Shown here: positions 57,880 to 64,000 of the stretch, in pieces | Layout of the letters: each line of letters starts with the position of its first letter | How positions within the stretch are numbered: the first letter of the stretch is position 1 | From: Desulfatiglandales bacterium | GTDB taxonomy: Bacteria; Desulfobacterota; DSM-4660; Desulfatiglandales; Desulfatiglandaceae | Direction of reading: 5' to 3' | Assembly: GCA_963662465.1 (NCBI GenBank) | Contig: OY759599.1 | Location: forward strand, 1,184,001 to 1,248,000 | Length of the DNA stretch: 64,000 nucleotides | Made by a program: the position numbers and the translations under genes | Notes under the pieces: model-generated | What the model was told of the DNA's origin: nothing | Database searches by the model: none | Seen by the model: only the letters and a program-made list of their open reading frames with translations

Positions 57880-60487
57880 CAGAGTTCCTGGTAAATGACC
57901 TTTACGCAACTTAACTGTTTGAAATCGTTATACTGGAGCTTCTCATAATTTCGTGTGCATTTCAGATTTTAGTGCAGCGTAACTAGCTGAAAATATTAGG
58001 TGGGGCAAAATATTTTTTTTATTGACAAATGAAAACTGAAAAATTATCTTCAGACCATGATTGTCAAAACAGAAAAAATTAGCGACCTATCCATATGGAC
58101 CGAGCGGGATTGGAAGGAAAAAATCACTGTTACGGTTTATCATGAGTATCGTCCTGTCGTCAGTTTCGATCCTGGGAAGATAAATGATAGGAGACTCGCT
58201 GCCGTACAACTTGTCGAGCTTGGTTATTGTAAAAACCGGGTTGCCGGTAAAATCTGTGGGTTTCACCGCAATACGGTTGGCAAACTGCTTCGCACCAAAA
58301 GACTTTTAGGTGTTGAGGCCATATTTGAGGACAACCGTGGTCCCAAGGCTCCCTGGAAATATATTGGCAGCATTCGCAAAACCATCAAAAAACTTATCCG
58401 CGAGAATCCTGACTGGACTGACCAGCAGATTGCAAATGCCGCGGAAAAGCAAACTGAAACGACTATTTCGAGAAGTGCTGTAGCTCGTATCAGAACCGCG
58501 GACCAAGATGCAGAAACTGAAAAGCCTACAAAGCATGACTTGGAGCAACTGGCTAAAATTGCGGATAGTATTGATTTGAAGCAACACGACGAGCGACAGC
58601 TTTCTTTCAACTTTGAGGCTGATTCTGAGTTCAAAAAGAAGGTAGATGAATTTGCTGATGAGGATACACCCAAGCCACAAACCGATACAGATAAAGTATT
58701 CCTGGATTATCTTCAACAGGGACAACGCAATGTCTTTGCCGGCATGCTTCTTCACCATCTGTTTTTAGATCATATCAACTTCCCAAATGCCTTTGATTTG
58801 CCTTCTTATTCCAATAATATGTATGATAATTATGAAGTGATGGAAACTGTCCTTTTCGGGTTGAACATCGGGTTGCCATCTATCGAATCCCATAAGCTGG
58901 TCAACAGTAGGGACATGGGGCTTTTGCTGGGACGAACCAGTTCCCCCGATGAGACCACTATTCGGTTGCGTTTAAAACAGATGGCCGAGTTCAAGCCCTC
59001 AGAGAGCCTGATAGATTATTTCGCAAACCTGTTTCTATCGTTGGGGTTCATCAACCCAGAGGTGTTTTTTATCGATGGGCACTTCCTTCCCTATTATGGA
59101 CTGAAAGTTCTATCCAAAGGCTACCATACCGTGAGACGAATTGTCATGAAAGGAAACGAGATTTATGTTGTCAGCGACCTTGACGGGAAGCCTTTCTTTT
59201 CAATTACCGAAGGGTGTGATATCGATTTCAGGCCGATCATCATAAGAGCGGCCGACAAGATAATCAGCCTGGGTGTCGACCGCCCCATTGTGGTTTTTGA
59301 TCGCGGTGGTTATGGTGTTCACTTTTTCAGTCAATTATCGACAAGGGCTGACTTTATTACGTGGGCCAGGTATGTGAAAAAAGATGAATTGAAAGACTTG
59401 GAATATACGAGCTGCTTGATGTTTAATGGGAAAAGATATCTCATTGCCGAGAAAACAAAACTGATTCGTGAATCGATTTCTACAGCTGCCAAAGAAGGCC
59501 GAACAGAGGCAACTTCGACAGAAGTACGTATGGTTGTTTTCAAGGAATTGGACAAGGATAGACCTGTGGCAATATATACCAGCAATCATCAAAAGCCTGC
59601 TCCTGATATTGCCGCATATATGCTTTCACGATGGGGAGAGTCTGAAAACTTTTTCAAAGAGATGATGTCCCTGTACAACTTCAATTATCATCCCGGTTAT
59701 GATCTTAAAGAACTTGAAGAACAGCCTCTTGTAGATAATCCTGAGGTAAAAACAATCAAAAAAACGATCAAGGGAATTAAACAAAAGATGGGGCAATTGG
59801 CGCTTGCAAAACAACAAACAGAGTCCAAAATAGAAGCACGAAAAGATCTTCGTCTTAAAAAAAAGCTAAACACGCTCCAGGAAGAGATAGAGAAATACGA
59901 CAAAGAGCTTGACGGTTTTCAGGCAGCCTTAAAAGAAATGCCTGACAAAGTATCGATAATTGAAGTGCTGAAAGGCAGACCAATGAACAAGGCAGATCTG
60001 GAGAAAAAGAAGCTCTACGACCTGATACAAATGATTGCCTTTCACTCACGCGAGCATCTGGTTGGCCTGTTCCGTTCATGTTATGATGATCCGCGGGATG
60101 TGAAACAGATCCTGACAAAGGTCACAAAACTCCCTGGTTATGTGAAATTAGTCGGGAAAACACTTGTTGTGCTTTTAGATTGGATAGAGGACAAAAAGCA
60201 TCGGAAGGCAGCAACAAGATTTTGCCATCTGATAAACACTATGTCGCCCAAATTGAGAGGTCGCATGGAGTTCGACCTTTATTTTCGCATCTCCTCAATC
60301 CCTCAAGTGGGTTATTGCTGTTAAAGCCTTGCTCATCGTTTCAGCCATCCTACGCAGGGTATCGTGTTTCGACCACATGTAGGGGCGAAAAATCTTTCGC
60401 CCTAATGGCCGAAACAATGATCAAGGCCGCTGTTGAACTAAATGCACAATTTGAATTGAGAAAAAACGTCATTTACTATGATGTCTG
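57880..60487 (+). mobile_element. Nested IS (2608 bp)
   Basis: Imperfect TIRs CAGAGTTCCTGGTAAATGAC vs CAGACATCATAGTAAATGAC (16/20). The 6-bp TSD AATGTT is confirmed against uninterrupted copy 1. Confidence 0.92.
58057..60324 (+). CDS. Large DDE transposase (IS4-superfamily/IS1634-like) with N-terminal HTHs
   Basis: FFIDGH, VFDRGGY and RWG.SEN.FK, inside the TIRs. Confidence 0.85.
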   Translation: MIVKTEKISDLSIWTERDWKEKITVTVYHEYRPVVSFDPGKINDRRLAAVQLVELGYCKNRVAGKICGFHRNTVGKLLRTKRLLGVEAIFEDNRGPKAPWKYIGSIRKTIKKLIRENPDWTDQQIANAAEKQTETTISRSAVARIRTADQDAETEKPTKHDLEQLAKIADSIDLKQHDERQLSFNFEADSEFKKKVDEFADEDTPKPQTDTDKVFLDYLQQGQRNVFAGMLLHHLFLDHINFPNAFDLPSYSNNMYDNYEVMETVLFGLNIGLPSIESHKLVNSRDMGLLLGRTSSPDETTIRLRLKQMAEFKPSESLIDYFANLFLSLGFINPEVFFIDGHFLPYYGLKVLSKGYHTVRRIVMKGNEIYVVSDLDGKPFFSITEGCDIDFRPIIIRAADKIISLGVDRPIVVFDRGGYGVHFFSQLSTRADFITWARYVKKDELKDLEYTSCLMFNGKRYLIAEKTKLIRESISTAAKEGRTEATSTEVRMVVFKELDKDRPVAIYTSNHQKPAPDIAAYMLSRWGESENFFKEMMSLYNFNYHPGYDLKELEEQPLVDNPEVKTIKKTIKGIKQKMGQLALAKQQTESKIEARKDLRLKKKLNTLQEEIEKYDKELDGFQAALKEMPDKVSIIEVLKGRPMNKADLEKKKLYDLIQMIAFHSREHLVGLFRSCYDDPRDVKQILTKVTKLPGYVKLVGKTLVVLLDWIEDKKHRKAATRFCHLINTMSPKLRGRMEFDLYFRISSIPQVGYCC

Positions 60488-62175
60488 AATGTTATTACGA
60501 TCCAAAACAGTATCCTGAGATTTTCTTTGAAATTGAGAAATGCATTAATGCCATCAGATCATGGATCAATGAAAGGGAGATGTTTCAATCATTGCAATAT
60601 TTTTATGTAACATTGTCTGCTCTTATTGATGAACTTGGTAGGTTAATAAGTCAATTATGGGATATTTGTAAGCCAATAAAAGGGAAAAAAAGCATTCCAA
60701 AAACACAACGGGATCGACAGAAAATTAGAATCTTTTATTCAATTCGTTCAATGATAAGTAATATTACTAAAAAATTGAATAATGTAAAAAGTCGTGATAG
60801 TACAATCAGTATTGCATTTGAGATAGGGATGTTAAAATCTTTTGATAAATCCATAATCGAAAATGTAAAAAAGAAAATGGAAGACCTTGTTTCTAAACGA
60901 GGAAATCAAACATATATCTTTCCTTATAATAACACCGAAAGCTATCATGCTCTCGTAAAAGATAGTAAGAAGTTTCGCATTGAAGTATTAGATAAACTCG
61001 ATAAATATGATCACCACACAGGCCATAATTCAACATGTTCTGGACCTAAAGAATATATTTTATCTGGTTTCCGCGGGAATCCTCGAAAAACAATAATGAA
61101 TGGAGGAGAACAACAGACATTCCCAATCCGCATGATACAATGCCGGAAGTGCAAACAAAAGTTCTCTCTTGTTCCCAGCTTTCTCCCAAGGGAAAAGAAT
61201 TTTGGTATAGAGATTATTGGGCACGTATTTCGGAATATGTACCGTTTTAATGCGAGCATTCAAGGAGCCATCTAAAGCCTTAAAATTATTGGCAAAAAAA
61301 GTGTCAAAAGCAAACAAACCATCTTGAACTGGAATCGATGGGCAGGAACACTTCATCCTGCAACAATACTAACAAGAGCAGGAGTGAAAGGCTCAGGATA
61401 TCTACAGGAAGATGAGGGCTTTGAAAAAGAACCAAATTTAAGAACTTATTCTGTAGTTATGGTCGATCCTGAAAATTTATTAGTATGGCACTCCGATTAT
61501 GTTGATCATGTTGATGAAGAAAACCTGTGCGGTTCATTTGAGGATTTTTTGCAAAAAATCGACTTCAAAATCCTTGGTGTAACAAAAGATAAGTGGAAAG
61601 CCTCAACCAATGCTATCAAGACCGTATTCCATAACATTTGGGTCGGATATTGCCATCGTCATTGTTTGAAAAACTTCTACGATGCACTATCAAAATATCA
61701 AAAAGAATCAAAATGTACCGACCAAGAAGTGGACAAGTTTTATAAAAAATTTAAGAAAGTTTTGAAAACATCCACATCTAAAGTTAACTTGGAAGTAAAG
61801 ATTAAGGCATTAGATGACGATGCATTTTCTCATCCATTACTAAAAAAGAGGGTAGTAGAATTAAAAGAAAATGCCACTCATTATACCTCTCATAAAAATA
61901 GAAATGGGATAAAACAAACAACCTCCATTGTTGACAATTATTTAAAAGGAATCAAACGTAAACTAAAACAAATTGAGAGTTTTCGAGATAAGAAATGGGC
62001 AAGTCTTTTCTTTCGAGCACATGCGACTATCAGGAATTTTGTCCCATTTTTACCTGGCGCAAAAAATGCTCATAAAAGTCCCTTTGAATTAGCCAACGGC
62101 CAAACATTTGACTTACCTTGGATTCAAGTTATGAATGTTCATAATGCATTCTTGTTTACCGAAAACGCCTTTTAA
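60488..62175 (+). pseudogene. Inactivated transposase of IS copy 2
   Basis: Near-identical to the copy 1 ORF but split by the nested IS, with a GAA>TAA change at 61273. Confidence 0.92.
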
Positions 62176-62347
62176 TTTTGATGGGTTATACAACCCCACA
62201 ACATTTAGACTTATGCGAGAAAAATGAAGCCATAGTCGCTTATTCGAGTGAATCCGGGAAACCACTGTCCATACGATTTTATCTTGAAATAATCGGATTA
62301 ATCGGATATAAACAAACCACTTCACACCTGAACAAGGTATCAAATCC

Positions 62348-62719
62348 ATGTTTGTATTTCAAAAGATTATTGAAAAGCGGATCCAAGATGCTCAGAAAAA
62401 TGGGGACTTCGATGACCTTCCGGGAAAAGGAAAACCCATTTATTTTGAAGATGACAGCCATATTCCAGAGGACCTTCGGCTGACCTACAAAATTCTGAGA
62501 AATGCGGATTGTCTTCCCCCGGAACTCCAGCTCAGGAAAGAGATCCGGACCATGGAGGACATGCTGGACGGCATCCCCGACGAAAAACAAAAATTTCGGC
62601 ATATCAAAAAAATAAATTACAAAATCATGCAGTTAAATATGATGGGAAAAGGGTCCCCGCTGTTGGGAGAGTCGGAAATCTATTACCGAAAAGTGCTTGA
62701 AAAAACCGATCGGAAGTAA
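62348..62719 (+). CDS. DUF1992 (DnaJ-C28-like) protein
   Basis: IEKRIQDA..NGDFDDLPGKGKP...KILRNA..LPPE. Confidence 0.9.
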   Translation: MFVFQKIIEKRIQDAQKNGDFDDLPGKGKPIYFEDDSHIPEDLRLTYKILRNADCLPPELQLRKEIRTMEDMLDGIPDEKQKFRHIKKINYKIMQLNMMGKGSPLLGESEIYYRKVLEKTDRK

Positions 62720-62761
62720 TTCCCAATCCGCATTTCGCGATTATCTAGGAGATGTTATCCC

Positions 62762-63811
62762 ATGGATATGAAAAGGGACTATTACGAGGATGTGCGACTT
62801 TTTTCATCGGGGGTGGTGGTATTCTGGTTTGCGGCTCTGATGCTTTGTTTGGCCCTGTTTCCTCTCTTTGTCAAAAATTATTATGTTTATATGGCCAACT
62901 ACATGGCCATCAATATCATCGTGGCCGTGGGGCTGAATCTACTGGTGGGGTATACCGGGCAGATATCCCTGGGACATGCGGGTTTTTTTGCCATCGGCGC
63001 CTATGGAACCGTGGTGTTTATGGCCAAGGCCCATCTGCCCTTTCTGCTGGCCCTGCCGGCCGGCGGCTTGACGGCAGCCCTTTTCGGCTTTCTTCTGGGC
63101 ATTCCAGCCTTGAGGCTTGAAGGACCATATCTTTCCATTGCCACCCTGGGGTTCGGTCTTACCATCACGCAGGTCATTGGTCGCGTTGATCTTTTTGGTG
63201 GCCGGCAGGGGTTGCATACGCCACCGCTTACCATCGGAGGGTGGCATCTGGAATCCGACCGGGATTTTTATTATCTATTGATTGTCGTTACCGTCATTTT
63301 GGTTCTGACGGCTCGAAATCTTATCAAAACCAAAGTCGGGCGCGCTTTTATCGCCATCCGAGATGCGGATATCGCCGCTGAAACCATGGGGGTCAACCTG
63401 ACCTATTACAAGACCCTGGCCTTTGCGGTGAGCGCCTTTTATGCCGGTATTGCTGGAGGTCTGTATGCTTTTGTCCTGCGTTTCATTGAGCCGGAAATGT
63501 TTACCCTCATGATGTCCATCCTTTTTCTGGGGATGGTGGTGGTGGGGGGGCTGGGATCCATTTTCGGCGCCATTGCGGGGGCTTGCCTGTTGAGTTGGCT
63601 GGATCTGGAATTGCGCAATATCCTGAGTATCCCCTATTTGGGGCAGTGGCTGGAGGCCATGAGCAAGGATTATTTTTCCATCACGGGGGTGAGCAATATT
63701 CAGTTCATTATTTACGGTCTCATTATGGTTTTGATCATGCTTTTTGAACCGCTGGGGATTTACGGGTTCTGGATTCGGACCAAGATTTACTGGCGGACCT
63801 GGCCCTTCTGA
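62762..63811 (+). CDS. livM: Branched-chain amino acid ABC permease (LivM-type)
   Basis: GLNLLVGYTGQISLGHAGF, LRLEGPYL, GRAFIAIRD and VVVGGLGS. Confidence 0.92.
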   Translation: MDMKRDYYEDVRLFSSGVVVFWFAALMLCLALFPLFVKNYYVYMANYMAINIIVAVGLNLLVGYTGQISLGHAGFFAIGAYGTVVFMAKAHLPFLLALPAGGLTAALFGFLLGIPALRLEGPYLSIATLGFGLTITQVIGRVDLFGGRQGLHTPPLTIGGWHLESDRDFYYLLIVVTVILVLTARNLIKTKVGRAFIAIRDADIAAETMGVNLTYYKTLAFAVSAFYAGIAGGLYAFVLRFIEPEMFTLMMSILFLGMVVVGGLGSIFGAIAGACLLSWLDLELRNILSIPYLGQWLEAMSKDYFSITGVSNIQFIIYGLIMVLIMLFEPLGIYGFWIRTKIYWRTWPF

Positions 63812-63844
63812 TTGTCGATTGTCGATTGTTGATTGTTGATTGGT
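63810..63844 (+). repeat. Heptamer tandem repeat (GATTGTY x4 + GATTGGT)
   Basis: GATTGTC GATTGTC GATTGTT GATTGTT GATTGGT between the two permease genes. Confidence 0.85.
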
Positions 63845-63880
63845 TTTGCTCGGCTGGGCATTTTTCTTGAGGACGTCATT

Positions 63881-64000
63881 ATGCTTGAATTCATCCAGAC
63901 CATTGCCAGCGGAATTGCCGTGGGGAGTTCCTATGCACTGATGGGGCTTGCCATGGTGCTGATCTACAAGACTTCCGAGGTCGTGAACTTTGCTCAGGGT
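63881..64000 (+). CDS. livH: Branched-chain amino acid ABC permease (LivH-type), partial at window edge
   Basis: MLEFIQTIASGIAVGSSYALMGLAMVLIYKTSEVVNFAQG. Confidence 0.88.
   Translation, partial: MLEFIQTIASGIAVGSSYALMGLAMVLIYKTSEVVNFAQG

Larger units (their letters stand above)
57598..62217 (+). mobile_element. Insertion sequence, copy 2, interrupted by a nested IS
   Basis: Same 26-bp TIRs as copy 1, with 8-bp TSD AGAAAAAT (57590-57597 / 62218-62225). Confidence 0.93.

Noticed and set aside
11206..62217. 51-kb composite transposon bounded by the two direct IS copies
   Set aside because: The outer flanks (CTGTGGAA vs AGAAAAAT) do not match, copy 2 has its own TSD, and the interval contains housekeeping genes.

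Overview
Chromosomal window from what looks like a deltaproteobacterium (Desulfobacterota-like; inferred from gene style only). It mixes housekeeping and metabolic genes (tandem CobO, csp, an ArsR/ArsP/thioredoxin cluster, orn, U32 protein, PIF1-HRDC helicase, sad, ald, alr, Fe-ADH, livM/livH) with two accessory zones. (1) About 9.6-22 kb: a group II intron cut by a 2.0-kb IS with 26-bp TIRs, a decayed IS701/IS4-like element, two secreted beta-helix paralogues sharing a Cys-containing C-terminal domain, a recurring promoter-bearing intergenic module, and an orphan group II intron DV/DVI remnant. (2) About 37-62 kb: an 18-kb minus-strand DISARM-like candidate defence operon next to a stack of nested IS elements. 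The operon order is SNF2 helicase, type IIG-like N6-adenine MTase, small HEPN-like protein, KGGVGR-ParA/second-NTPase fusion, and a giant DEAH helicase-DUF1998-nuclease that continues across a 1-nt frameshift into an S24/LexA-type peptidase domain. That operon is the best candidate for an undescribed system. No CRISPR array, tRNA or rRNA was seen. All family assignments come from motif recognition by eye, not database searches.
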